Of a stretch of DNA of 64,000 bases, positions 11,835 through 22,800 are shown one piece after another. This DNA is from Dudresnaya verticillata. Taxonomy: Eukaryota. Below the pieces are notes generated by a model. The model ran no database searches, had not been told where the DNA came from, and saw nothing but the letters and a program-made list of their open reading frames with translations. Location: NCBI GenBank assembly GCA_977862235.1, contig OZ374557.1, positions 1,488,001 through 1,552,000 of the forward strand, in the 5' to 3' direction. Within the stretch, counting starts at the first letter, position 1. The number at the start of each line of letters is the position of its first letter. Both the position numbers and the translations under genes were made by a program.

Positions 11835-13610
11835 TTATTCTGCATCTTCTGCACAGAGGATATCACCATCCAATGCATCTAGAGATTCTGCAGGTAGCAT
11901 GAGAGGAGCGACTCTGGAGCGGATGAAAATCAGAGCACCAATGACAGCGGGAAAGAACATGCTCGTCTTTTTGTTCAACTTGAGAATCCAGAGCGATCCG
12001 AGACAAACCAGCTGTATACAGGTGAAGACGTGCAAATGCAATGCGGGAACATTTCGCATAGGTGCATCGATGGGATACATACTAGGGTCCATGAACAGGT
12101 AAGGTATTCTTGATACAAATCCATTGCCGCTCAACATGTTATGTCCAAGGAAGATGAATAAACCGCTAGTGACCGCCATCGGGATACGTTGGACCAATGG
12201 TAAAAGGAAGAGGGAACACAAAATTGCTGCATATATCACAAATGCTGTCAGGCGATTCTCCTGTACTGACAAAATGACTTCCTTTCCATTTCGGAGCTTC
12301 ACGTCAGCCAGTGCTTGTACATGGGCAAGGGACTGAACCGTGCCAGCGCACATTAGCGGCAAGCCGAAGATTGAGCATACAAAAGTGCAAGCGGCGAGCA
12401 CCAGCATATCGAGGTGGTATCCAGGCCCCTTTCGCAAACGGTGAGCGGGAGAGTTGACGACACGGACTGAGATGTTCTGGTCCAAAAAGAAAAGACAAGT
12501 CAAGAGGAGAGCAGGAACTATTGCAGCGAATCTGACTGACACAGGGGCGTCAAGCAAAGGGACAAGCAGCTTTCGCCCACCCGCAAGGGCGAACGTAGAC
12601 GGGATTGGCAGCCTTTCCAGCCCAATCCGGGCTACCGATGGCAGTGCCGCAACTGTACTCATTACGCTGATAGCAAGGACAGGATCGAAATCTGCGAGCA
12701 CATTACGGGCACTCCTGAAGAGATAACGTGACGAACGCATACCTGTCAAAAACCGAACGAGGTGGTACGTCCCTAATGCCAAACCTAGTGCTGCAAATGG
12801 ACTTGTTTTGTCTGCACCAAACACGCAGAAATCTCCGATGAGAGCGCGACCAGCCTCGTACAGAAACGAGGTCGCGATCAGCGAGTTAAAAATATCGTCT
12901 GTGAACCTTGTGCAGTACTTGATCAGATCGCTAACGTTGGCCACAGAGGATAACAAGAGTACTAGTGCAGTCCATACCCCAACCCAAGCATATGTGCTTA
13001 AGAATGGCACGGCAGCAATTTGACAAAACTCGTAGAGCGCACAGGTAAACGCAAGCGTCAGACCTGTGGGGGCAATGAAAGTCAATGGTTGGCCCGACAG
13101 AGTAGCATATGCCATGCCAGTAGCGCCAGAAGAAAGTAAGAACTCGACAACACCCATGCTGCCGCCAGTTAACGTGAACGTAATGCCTCCGAAAGCAACA
13201 ACCGGAGCCAGGCAAGCAAAGTATAGATATAACACGACAGGGACGGACCTTAGTTTCAGCCCATCCTTCCAATCCGACAGATACCAGGGAATTCGACGTA
13301 CTATATCGGCACGTAAGCCGAGTAACCAGTACATCGGGGCAATTCTGGCCGGCTGCCCTGGTGGTCCTAAGGGCCAGTCATCATCTCCCCGCGCAAGTTC
13401 TGTTGTTTGGCTGCCCGAAGAAACGCATGTCGGCGTGAAATAGAATGGTGCAAATACCCTTGAGAAGCGGGTGGCCGTGCTCAGTCCTGTTGAACGCCGA
13501 AGAAACATCGAGAATGGCGAGCAATGGAGTACTTGTACACGAGTGCCGAACCAGTGTTGAGCCCTCAGCGGGGCGACCGAGACATAGGCGGGTCGGAGTG
13601 GGTAAGACAT
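11835..13610 (-). CDS. SLC4-family anion exchanger (bicarbonate/borate transporter), intronless, with an N-terminal extension
   Basis: 591-aa intact ORF with DIVRRIPWYLSDWKDG, LYLYFACLAPVVAFGG, SGQPL, CTRFTDDIF, LFFLDQNIS, LRKGPGYHLD and VQENRLT, the HCO3_cotransp signature. The exact start Met is uncertain. Confidence 0.93.
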   Translation of the reverse strand: MSYPLRPAYVSVAPLRAQHWFGTRVQVLHCSPFSMFLRRSTGLSTATRFSRVFAPFYFTPTCVSSGSQTTELARGDDDWPLGPPGQPARIAPMYWLLGLRADIVRRIPWYLSDWKDGLKLRSVPVVLYLYFACLAPVVAFGGITFTLTGGSMGVVEFLLSSGATGMAYATLSGQPLTFIAPTGLTLAFTCALYEFCQIAAVPFLSTYAWVGVWTALVLLLSSVANVSDLIKYCTRFTDDIFNSLIATSFLYEAGRALIGDFCVFGADKTSPFAALGLALGTYHLVRFLTGMRSSRYLFRSARNVLADFDPVLAISVMSTVAALPSVARIGLERLPIPSTFALAGGRKLLVPLLDAPVSVRFAAIVPALLLTCLFFLDQNISVRVVNSPAHRLRKGPGYHLDMLVLAACTFVCSIFGLPLMCAGTVQSLAHVQALADVKLRNGKEVILSVQENRLTAFVIYAAILCSLFLLPLVQRIPMAVTSGLFIFLGHNMLSGNGFVSRIPYLFMDPSMYPIDAPMRNVPALHLHVFTCIQLVCLGSLWILKLNKKTSMFFPAVIGALIFIRSRVAPLMLPAESLDALDGDILCAEDAE

Positions 13611-13989
13611 AGCTTGTCGTTTACGATGGGCTTAGTCTTGGCGGAATCCGTTCGAAGCCTCGCTCTGTCACATGAGCAGCTCCAACATTCGCTCGCTATA
13701 AAGCTGCAGCTCAGCTGTTAATAGGCGAGCTCTAGGCCAGCTCCAATCCCTCCAGTTGGTGATAACGAGTCATCGGTCTGGTCCGATTGTCGCGACAGTG
13801 GACTGAGCCCATTTGGGGTCAAGAGCCCAATTCCAGTGGTCCATGGTCCATTTGTAAGCGTTGTCAGGGCCTGAAGGGACACTATGAGGGTGATGCTTGT
13901 CATTCGGCCCTCGCAGCCTCAGGCCGAATGTCCCGAATGTGGGCCAATGGGCCAATATCACGCCGAGAGCTCATGATTGACCCTGAAGA

Positions 13990-14268
13990 TGTTGATTTGG
14001 ACCTATCGGTATCACAGAGTCGCACTGTAAGGTATCTTACAGTGCTCCCGTCGTCGACGACCACCGCGCTGTCGGCTCGTGGCGCGCGCGACGACCTCGC
14101 GCCCGACCGCAACTCGTTGGGCTACTTCATGCCCAACTGACCACTCCAGACCACCACCCCTCTGGACACGATCGAAGTAGAAGAGTAAGCAGCGCTGGCG
14201 AGAACTTGTAGTAGTCCGGCGCAGCGAGCCTGTAGCCCGCAAAAGCAGCAAGGACAGGTGTCCTAACA
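13990..14268. repeat. Possible short LTR (TGTTG...TAACA)
   Basis: TG...CA ends and a perfect 10-bp hairpin at 14022-14045. There is no second copy in the window and no TSD was confirmed. Confidence 0.25.
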
Positions 14269-14299
14269 CGCACACACCCTATCTAGGGTAGCCTGAAAA

Positions 14300-14687
14300 T
14301 GTCGCGTTGAGCCCTCTTTACAGCAGTGACGCAACGGCCACTGTACGATAGCTTACAGTGGACCGCCGACACCGTCGTCCGACCGCCGCGCGCCCAAGCC
14401 GAAGCCTACTTCAAGCACCCCAGGCGCGCCCGACCGGACCGCACAGGTGCGACGACAGAGACGTATAGTAGCGTAGACGCGAGTCCGCTACGTCAGCTGT
14501 GGAGGACTTCCACCGCCCTTCTCTACGCGCCGTAAACGCTCACTCCGCTCATCCCGCTCGCTCCGCACCCGCGTTTCCTTCGACCTTTGCCCCGCTCACG
14601 CCCCGATCATCGCGCACGGTCCTCGCAGGAGTTCGTTGCAGACTCTCCTGACCGCGCGCGCGTGTGTCTAGTGCTGACCAGACGACA
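14300..14687 (+). repeat. 5' LTR of Copia E
   Basis: About 11 substitutions versus 32652-33039 by eye (about 97% identity). Confidence 0.95.
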
Positions 14688-14793
14688 ATCCGGATTCCTG
14701 GACGCTAGCACGCGCTGATCCGATCGCTCAAGGCAACTCCCAAGTTTGTTACGATCGTAACAACAGTTCAAGTTTCTTCATCTTCCATTCAAG

Positions 14794-15171
14794 ATGCCGC
14801 TCACCCGTGCCCAGATCAAGACGCAGGTCGCATATTTCGTTCGAAGGCTGGAGAAGACGCGCATAAGGAACCCAACGGCTCTAGAACTCATGGACGTAGC
14901 CCGACCTACACTGGACAACTTTGCTCCAGATACTGCTCCGGTAGCCGGATCATCCGAGACGGGTGACTTCGTTGTAGACTCAGCCGCTGTCTCCATGTTC
15001 ATCAAGTACATGATGCGCCCTGTGAATGAACTTTTCACAGACAACTTCTATAAGATGCCAATGTTCCCCATCATGGTATTATATGATGTTGCCGAGCTTT
15101 TTGTAGCAGTATGGGACCGGCCAGAAACAGCAAAGAACAAGAAAAGACAGCTGTCCGATGTCACACGCTAA
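14794..15171 (+). pseudogene. gag: N-terminal part of Copia E gag, cut by the Gypsy B LTR
   Basis: ATG about 105 bp after the 5' LTR. The ORF ends exactly at the B LTR boundary (15171/15172). Confidence 0.55.
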
Positions 15172-15905
15172 TGTGTGGTAGTTCGAGGGAGGTTTGGTAG
15201 AGGCTTGGAAGGAGGCGGGCCCTGATGACCCGAAAGGGGGGTGCGGAAGCACGGCAAAGACCCGGCGCGACCGACTGAGGGAAAGTATAGAGGTTGCGAA
15301 CCGGTATTTAGTAGAGTACTTGTCGTACGATTTCCGGGCCTGTACTGGGCGACCCCTGCAGGCGCGGAGCGTCCGAGCGACCAAAAGGTGGAAACTTCCC
15401 GAACAACTCCGCGGAGTGTTTATTCTGAGGGCGCCGGCTATTCCGGCGCCCATAAGTAGGGCTTGACAGCCAAAAAGTCTATCAGCCCGAAAGGGGGTCT
15501 AAGTTAGTCTATGATTATAGTTACGTAGGTTAGTACAGTCAGTACAAGTCAAAAAGTGGGAATGCATTCCAGTTAGGGGACTTGGTGGTGGATACGCCGG
15601 TGGTCAAGCCGAGGTCCCGGCTGCACTGTCGATACCCTGAGCGCAGGGGTGCTCCTCGTTCATGAGTAGGAGCGCAGCGGCGCGTCATAAATCAGCCAAT
15701 ACGAGGCGTCCAACTGGCATCATTACAATGCCATGTGTACGCCACGTGTACAGCTGTAGGGCCACGTGTACACACGTGTATCCCACGTGTCGTCCACTTG
15801 TACAGCGATGAAAGGATAGCTGTCCTGATTAAGGGACAGTCTGTCCCGCGAAAAGAAGTGTGCTCCCGTAAGCCCTTCTGCTGACAGCGTCCATGCTGCC
15901 ACACA
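15172..15905 (-). repeat. 3' LTR of Gypsy B (734 bp)
   Basis: Terminal inverted repeat TGTGTGG...CCACACA. Preceded on the minus strand by PPT AGAGGGGGGC (15906-15915). Confidence 0.85.
15743..15790. promoter_or_regulatory. Cluster of four G-box (CACGTGT) motifs in the U3 of LTR B
   Basis: CACGTG at 15743, 15763, 15773 and 15784. Confidence 0.55.
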
Positions 15906-16155
15906 GCCCCCCTCTGAGGACCGAAGCGGCCCGCGAGGCTATGATTGGCGGTTTCTGAATCTTAAATCTCCTTCGTGAGCGGTTGAGCGCCCAACGGCTG
16001 TCTGCGTATCACGCCCTGTGGGGGATTAAGTCGGGCCGGCGGCCGCACAGGCCCGAGTTACATGCGTGTCATCGCGGGCCATCACCTCAGTGTTCGGGCA
16101 CGCCCGTCTCAACGTCGGCGGCTCTTGAGCGTTGCGGCTCACGAGTTTGCACGAG

Positions 16156-16186
16156 CCAATTTTGGCGCGGCTGCACGGCTATATAA
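16156..16186 (+). promoter_or_regulatory. Candidate CCAAT + TATATAA promoter for the antisense ORF of B
   Basis: CCAAT at 16156 and TATATAA at 16180, on the ORF strand about 530 bp before its ATG. Confidence 0.35.
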
Positions 16187-16714
16187 GCAGAGGGTTGGAA
16201 CCCGATTACGACTTCTCACGTCTCGGCATCGACAGCCCGCAGCAACTCAACGCTCTTCAACAGGGCTCACCGCGCTACGCCCGTCGGCATCCTTCTCTTT
16301 CCTCCTTCATCTTGCTTGCCCGCGGCCGTCGCCTTGCGCCATCAACACCGACGCTGTCCGTGCGTCGCTGCCATCTCACAGCGGGAGGCGTGCTCGCCCT
16401 TTTCATCCAGACGTCAGGCGTAGCGGCAATTCCGCGAGGGACTTCGGAGCGGCGCTCACCCAACTGCGCACCTGCCTTCGCAACCGGCCGCTATCTCCGG
16501 CGTACTCGCTCACTTCGTCCCAACTCCCTGTCGGCGCGGACAGGTTTCACGGTGTTGCTACACCCTCAAGAATTTCAGGCAGAAGGACGTCAAGTCTCAG
16601 GATCAAGCTCTTCAGGTCGAAGTTCAGGTAGAAGACCGGAAGGTTCAGGTAGAAGACCTCAGGAAGAAGTTATTCATCTCCGCGGCGCTCCGCTTCACGA
16701 CTCCTGCGGCCCGT

Positions 16715-19042
16715 ATGGCGACTTCTCCCAACCTCCCGTATGGGCAGGCGGGCTCTAGCTTGGCCGTCCTCGGGTTTGGTGTCGATGCGGCAGGCGTGCC
16801 TTTGCCCATCACGAAGAGCCGTGACTGGCTACTCCGAACGGACTTAACCCACATTCGGGTCGCCGCCGGTGCGCGTCGCGAAGACATCCGCCGTTATGGC
16901 CGTCATCGTGCCCAAGCCCGTTCATGGGAGTTCCTCATGCGTGAGCGGATTGGAATCCTGCGAGGGACCAATATCGCGCTTCCGCCGCTCCCGAACGACC
17001 ATTACTGGGACCTGGCCATGGTGCGCTTCCTTTTTGAGCAACGCAACGTGGAGCACCACTCTCAAGCTTTCATGGAGTTCATGCCGGAGCTTGTCTCGTT
17101 CCACGCGAAGGGAGGCTACCGCCTGGAGTTGGTCGCTTTTGAACGGCCACTCATCCGCCACGGTCGGGATAACTATCCATTCACGATGGCACGCATTACG
17201 CGGTGGGACGAGACGTCCAACTTCAAGTACGCGTTGGATAACCCACAGACAGCGATGTCTCGCGAACTCCTTCGCTTCGAGCGTCGCCATCGTCATCGGA
17301 CCGGTTGCTTCGTGCCGGCGCACTGTCAAGAAGTGGTGGCCATTAAGCCCGAGTTCTGCACGGGGAAGTACGTCCCAATCCCCACGGATCATCGGGAGTA
17401 CGAAGTCTCATACTCGATGCCTGTTGGCACACCCCCAGTCGTGGCGTATAGAGGCCTTGATATGATGCACGAAAGCTATCATCATGGCCTCTTGTGGATG
17501 ATCTTCCGTAACGAATGGGTGGTGATGGTGGCGCAGACCTTCATGTATGAAGCCCGTCGGGGGTACTTGTATTACATCAACGCACGTCTGCGCACCGAGA
17601 TCCGGGGACTTGGAATTGGCTTACTCAATACGACTGCTGTCGATGCTACGGACTTGGAGGCGCTCCTCGTGTTTGTCGAACGCATTCGTTGGAGTCGTGT
17701 GAGCAAGCGCAACCGCTACCTTCCGGAGAACACCGGGTTTGTGACGCCGGTGTACGACCGTGGTGACTGGGTAAACTTCGACCCGGTGCAGTGGCACCCT
17801 CTCCTACCGGAGTATCTGCTGCAGCCGCAACCTCAAGATGGTGAGACGCTTCTCGTGGACAGCGGTGAGCGCATGACCGGCTATACGAAAGATTGGCAGA
17901 GTGCCTCCGGCGAGGCTCCCGTGACTCCTGCTGACGTGCCGCCGATGGACACTACAGTGTCGGGACAGCCCCAGGGTCCATACGCACCCAGAGTGCGAAA
18001 CGTCGCGAGGGCCGATGCCGCAATTCGGGACTTGTTCAACCGTCGAGGTCTCGCCATCCGCTTGGCTGTCCATTGGGAGGTGACCCATCTGACTCTCTAC
18101 AGTCTCGCGGATTGGGTCGAAGACGTCCTTTGCGACTTCGAGTCGAACTGGGTGAGCTCACCGGGGCCCATCGAGACGTTGAAGGCGTCGTTAGCCGTGC
18201 TTCCGCCTATCGGGCCGCAGGCCGTGGTGGAGTCGGAGCAAGCTCAGGAAGCCCCGACGAGTGTCGTGGCGCCAGCCCCTTCGGCAGCGGCGAGCGCGCC
18301 GAGTGTGTCGGGGTCAGCAGTGGTAGGCCCTTCAGCAGCGGCGGGCGCGCCGAGTGCCTCAGCTTCCGCCTCCGCGTCGAGAGATCCGCGACTTGCGCGC
18401 CGTTCCCGTCTGGGTTTGGGTCATCAAGGCCGCGCTAGCTTGCTACCAAGTACGGGTGCTCCCGTGGCACCAGCCGGTGGTGGGCAGGGCGCGGATCCGC
18501 GCGAGGGCACGCTTGCCGATACATCCGCTGTTCCGCGCGAGGGTTCTTCCGTCGCTACCTCGGGTCCGCCTACCAATGCTCCAGCTGCTGCAGGTTCGCA
18601 GCTAGCAGTAGGGGCCGTTCAGGAGAGCGCTCCGACTTCTTCACCCATGGAGGTAACCGTCGACCTACCCGTGCCAGAAGTTCCCGCGGGCCATGCTTTA
18701 CAGCTCGAAGTGACCCTTCCTACTAGCGCCGTCGAGGCTCCTCCGGCGGTGGCTGAGCCGCAAGAGGTTATTGTGAAGACGGAGCTGCTGCTCAAGGAGG
18801 AGCTCGAGGAAGAGGACATGGGTGTCCAGGAGGGTGACGCGCCGTCTGGCGATGGAGGTGTTGGGCCTAGCGAGGCGGGTGGTGAAGTTCCGGCGCGGGG
18901 AGTCGGGGCTCGGCGCGGCCTTGGTCGTCGCATCGTGCGCGAGGTCCGTCGCGTGACCATGATGCCAGGGCAAGGCCCCGTTGCGAATCCGCCGTTGCGC
19001 CCGAACGAGGTCATCGACCTGATGGACTCAGACTCGGACTGA
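16715..19042 (+). CDS. Intact 775-aa antisense accessory protein of Gypsy B (unknown family)
   Basis: Uninterrupted ORF between the PPT and the pol stop, antisense to pol. It has an aromatic-rich globular half and an Ala/Pro/Ser/Glu-rich tail ending EVIDLMDSDSD. Confidence 0.85.
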   Translation: MATSPNLPYGQAGSSLAVLGFGVDAAGVPLPITKSRDWLLRTDLTHIRVAAGARREDIRRYGRHRAQARSWEFLMRERIGILRGTNIALPPLPNDHYWDLAMVRFLFEQRNVEHHSQAFMEFMPELVSFHAKGGYRLELVAFERPLIRHGRDNYPFTMARITRWDETSNFKYALDNPQTAMSRELLRFERRHRHRTGCFVPAHCQEVVAIKPEFCTGKYVPIPTDHREYEVSYSMPVGTPPVVAYRGLDMMHESYHHGLLWMIFRNEWVVMVAQTFMYEARRGYLYYINARLRTEIRGLGIGLLNTTAVDATDLEALLVFVERIRWSRVSKRNRYLPENTGFVTPVYDRGDWVNFDPVQWHPLLPEYLLQPQPQDGETLLVDSGERMTGYTKDWQSASGEAPVTPADVPPMDTTVSGQPQGPYAPRVRNVARADAAIRDLFNRRGLAIRLAVHWEVTHLTLYSLADWVEDVLCDFESNWVSSPGPIETLKASLAVLPPIGPQAVVESEQAQEAPTSVVAPAPSAAASAPSVSGSAVVGPSAAAGAPSASASASASRDPRLARRSRLGLGHQGRASLLPSTGAPVAPAGGGQGADPREGTLADTSAVPREGSSVATSGPPTNAPAAAGSQLAVGAVQESAPTSSPMEVTVDLPVPEVPAGHALQLEVTLPTSAVEAPPAVAEPQEVIVKTELLLKEELEEEDMGVQEGDAPSGDGGVGPSEAGGEVPARGVGARRGLGRRIVREVRRVTMMPGQGPVANPPLRPNEVIDLMDSDSD

Positions 19043-19567
19043 CGTCCTTTCCACTTTATTGAGCTCGCATCGGACGCTCCCTAGGGATAATAGATAGGTG
19101 TGAGTGGGGGAGCGCCCGATTAGCTAGTGGACCTTTCCGCGTTGTAACGCCTGAGTAAACTTTGCATTGACCGAGTACCCTTCTCCTCCCGCGCGGTGGC
19201 ATACCATCCTCGCTCTGACTTAGCGTGGAGACCATCGCGTGTCCTTGACCGGGGGAATTTTCCCATAAATTAGAGTACAGTGCGGACTGTAGAGTGCAAA
19301 AAATTAATGTTAAGCGGCGCTCCGCGCGGTCATTGGTGCGGGGCTTCGCGGCGTGCGTTTGGTGGCGGCACCGGAAAGGTAAACCGCCATGATTGGCTGT
19401 GTCTTTTGGCAGAAGCTCCACCAAGAGGCGTTCGCCGTGAGCCCGAGCCAGGGAAGCGTCGCAGCCACTGATGGCTCTTGTTTAAGTTAGCCGCTGTACA
19501 GCGTAGTTTCGTTTGTATACATATGTAAGGTGTTGTGGTGCCAATCGGCCTCACACCTATTCATTTC

Positions 19568-19722
19568 AGCTCCGCAGAGCGCATCTATCCAGGCTTCTGC
19601 CAGCTTTCATCTATCCACATCCGCTCGTCCAGCATCTATCCAATTTTAGCTCCGTAGAGCGCATCTATCCAGGCTTCTGCCAGTATACATCTATCCACAT
19701 CAGCTCGTCAGGGCGCATCTCA
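19568..19722. repeat. About 79-bp tandem duplication with an internal CATCTATCCA motif
   Basis: AGCTCCG(C/T)AGAGCGCATCTATCCAGGCTTCTGCCAG occurs twice; CATCTATCCA occurs five times. Confidence 0.85.
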
Positions 19723-19803
19723 GGGCTTCGCGCCCTGTTTCCTTAGCTCGGCTCGCTAGCCCACACATCAGTAGGGCAACAGCCTTAGGGGTAGTAACCC
19801 ACC

Positions 19804-22800
19804 TTATGATTCGTAGGGTATTCCCTTGGCGCGGTGGTAGCGTGCTACGAGATTATGGGGAAGATTTCCCCTTGGCTCCCACGTGTCCTTGGTGGCAGGG
19901 GCCTGATACCAACGTATCCGATATAGATGTTCCAGCGGGGCATAGTCAACAATGCGATCATATTCATGCTCTCGAGCCGAGGTTTTGCGTAAGCGGGAGA
20001 AAGAGTGCGGAGGCTCGATTGGAGGAAGAGGAGGCTCGACGCCACGACTGGCCAAGGTAGACCCGGGCGCAGGCGGCGCGACTATTGTGGGAGTCTCCCC
20101 TTGGGCGTCCAACGATTCGTGCGGCGTGGGCGCCCGCGTTACGCGATCCAGCGAGATTGTCTCGCGTTCACCCTTCACGTCTATCACGACCACATGAGTG
20201 CTTCGCTCAACAACCTTATACGGGCCCAGTGCCTTTGGTAGCAGTTTGCCTTCGCGTGCCACGCCGTCAGCGTCTTTGAGCTTTGTCTCTCGCTGGACAA
20301 ACACCCACTGTCCGGGTCGTATCTTCTCATTGGCGGGACGCATCCTGTTATTGAAGTTCACTTCATAGCGCTTCTGCACCAGGCGTAGGCGAGGGAGTGC
20401 CGTCTCTACTAACGTTTCGAGCCGGCGAGTTAAACGCTTCTTGACATTGGTAGCAGGCACGTTTGCCACATCGACTGTCTCGGCGCGCTCCATTAGGAGG
20501 GAGTTAGGAGGGTTCGACAGAACGAGATCTACAGGGGCGAACCCAGTTGCCTTGTGGACAGTCGTGTTATAGGCGTATGTCAACGCGGGGGTAAACGCAT
20601 CCCAATCAGTCTGATCCTCAGCGATGAAGTGACGTAATCCAGCCAGAAGAGTGCGGTTGAAGCGTTCAGTTTGCCCGTTCGACTGGGAGTGGTAAGTTGA
20701 CGTAAATAGATTGCGGATCCGCAGAATGCTACACACTTCCATAAAGAACTTCGATGCAAATTGGGACCCATTTTCCGAGAGTAGATATCGTGGTGGTCCA
20801 TACACGTAGACCCAATGGTCACAAAAGGCTTTCGCCACTGTATAGGCCGTGATGGTCTTCAAATGGACCGCCCTGGTAAGCTTAGAGAAGCGATCAGTAA
20901 TAACGAGTAGGTACTCATTACCTTTGCCTGAACGGGGAAGCGGGCCCAATATGTCAATGCCGACGAATTCGAGAGGCATAGTTGCCGGGAATAACTTCAT
21001 AAACGAAGTTTGCTTCCGCAGTTGTACTCTCTCCCTGGAACAGGTCACGCAGTTGCGTACAGTTGCATAAACCGCTAATGCCATGTCTGGCCAATATACT
21101 TGACGTTGCAGATTTTGATACATGCGCGTGCCGCCTGGGTGTCCGGCCATTACGGGGTAATGAGCGAGGTGAAATACTCGCTCTTGTAGCGTTTCGGGTA
21201 TGAGCACCTGCCGTGCGCCATCAATAGGTGCTTTCCGGACAAGCAGTACCAACTCGTCTTCTAGGTAACAACCGGGTCTACCACCCTCGATCCCCGCTCT
21301 AATCCGCAGGCAGAAGGGATCTGTTTTCTGTTCCCGGAGGAGCTCCTCAATAGTCAAGAGTGACAGAGATTTCTCATCCACATCCTTCTCGGCGGTCGCC
21401 ACTAAGAGTTCGTCTGCAGACGTAGGCTCGTCGAAGGGTTCGATCTCCCACGCTTCGATTGGACTATCAGACCAAAAGGGGGGGTGTTTTTCCCAGTGGT
21501 GTCATCCTCGATAATATAGCAAGGGACGTCCAGATCCGGTTCGCGGCTCGTATAGCCAAACGTAGGAAGGCGTGAGACAGCGTCTGCTATTTGGTTCTTC
21601 TTACGCTTCTTGTATTGGACTGTAAAGTCGTACTCGAGTAAGCGTAAGCGCCATCTCGCTAGGCGTCCCGACGCGTCGGTCATACTCATAATCCACTTCA
21701 GTGCTTGATGATCTGTGTAAAATTCGAAATGTGTTCGCTCCAAGTATGGACGTAATATCTGCACGGCCCATACGACGGCGAGGCATTATTTCTCTCCGAC
21801 GGAGTAGTTCTTCTCAGCGGGTGTCATCCGTCGACTCCAGAAACCAATGGGATGTCTTTCCCCCTATCGTTCATCTGCATGAGTGCATAACCTACTTGAT
21901 ATTCACAAGCGTCAGTGTCGACCGAGAGATTACTTCCCAGCTTTGGCAGTTGTAGGATAGGTGGGGCGATCAGCGCGCGTTTCAACAGCTCGAAAGCTTC
22001 CGTTTCGCTTTTGCCGAAGGCGGTAGATCAAACTCCACATCTTTCTGTAGAAAGGCATTGAGAGGTGCGGCGACTCGCGCGAAATTCGGGACGAACCGTC
22101 GGTAGACATTACATAATCCAAGAAATGATCTCAGTTGCGTCTGCGTTCGTGGTTCTGTAAACCCCTCTATCGCTTGAGTGTTCTTGGTCGCAACCACTAG
22201 GAGACCGGGGCGAATCACATGTCCGAGATAGTCGACACTCTTAGTAGAGAAGTTACACTTCCGCAGTTTCAGCGAGACGCCAGCATCCTTCAGGATAGTG
22301 AGTATCTCCCTTACGTGGGTAAGGTGTCCGTCGACGTTCTTCGAAAAGATAATTATATCGTCTAGGTAGACCAAAGAGGTTTTCCACCTGAAGCCTGAAA
22401 GCAGGATATCGATTGTACGCTGAAACGTCGCGGGGGCGTTACACAGCCCGAATGGCATTCGGTTGAACTGGAAGCTTCCCGCATGACATGTGAACGCAGT
22501 CTTGTGTTGGTCCTGTGGACATACTGGGATCTGCCAATATCCTGAATTACAATCCAGAGTCGTAAACAGCTGGGCGTCGCCCAAGGAATCGAGACATTCG
22601 TCCATTCGTGGAAGTGGATAGGAATCCTCAATGGTGATGGCGTTCAGCCTGCGGTAGTCCACGCAAAAGCGTAACGAGCCGTCGGGATTTTTGACCAAGA
22701 CCACGGGGCGTGCATACTCCGAACGGGCGGGCTCTATAACGCCTTCACGAAGCATCTTCTCCACTTCCTCTTGTTCCGCCTGTCTGGCCTTTGGACCAGC

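Noticed and set aside
16715..19042. env-like gene
   Set aside because: It is antisense to pol and has no evident signal peptide or transmembrane anchor. The same holds for 52409-55267.
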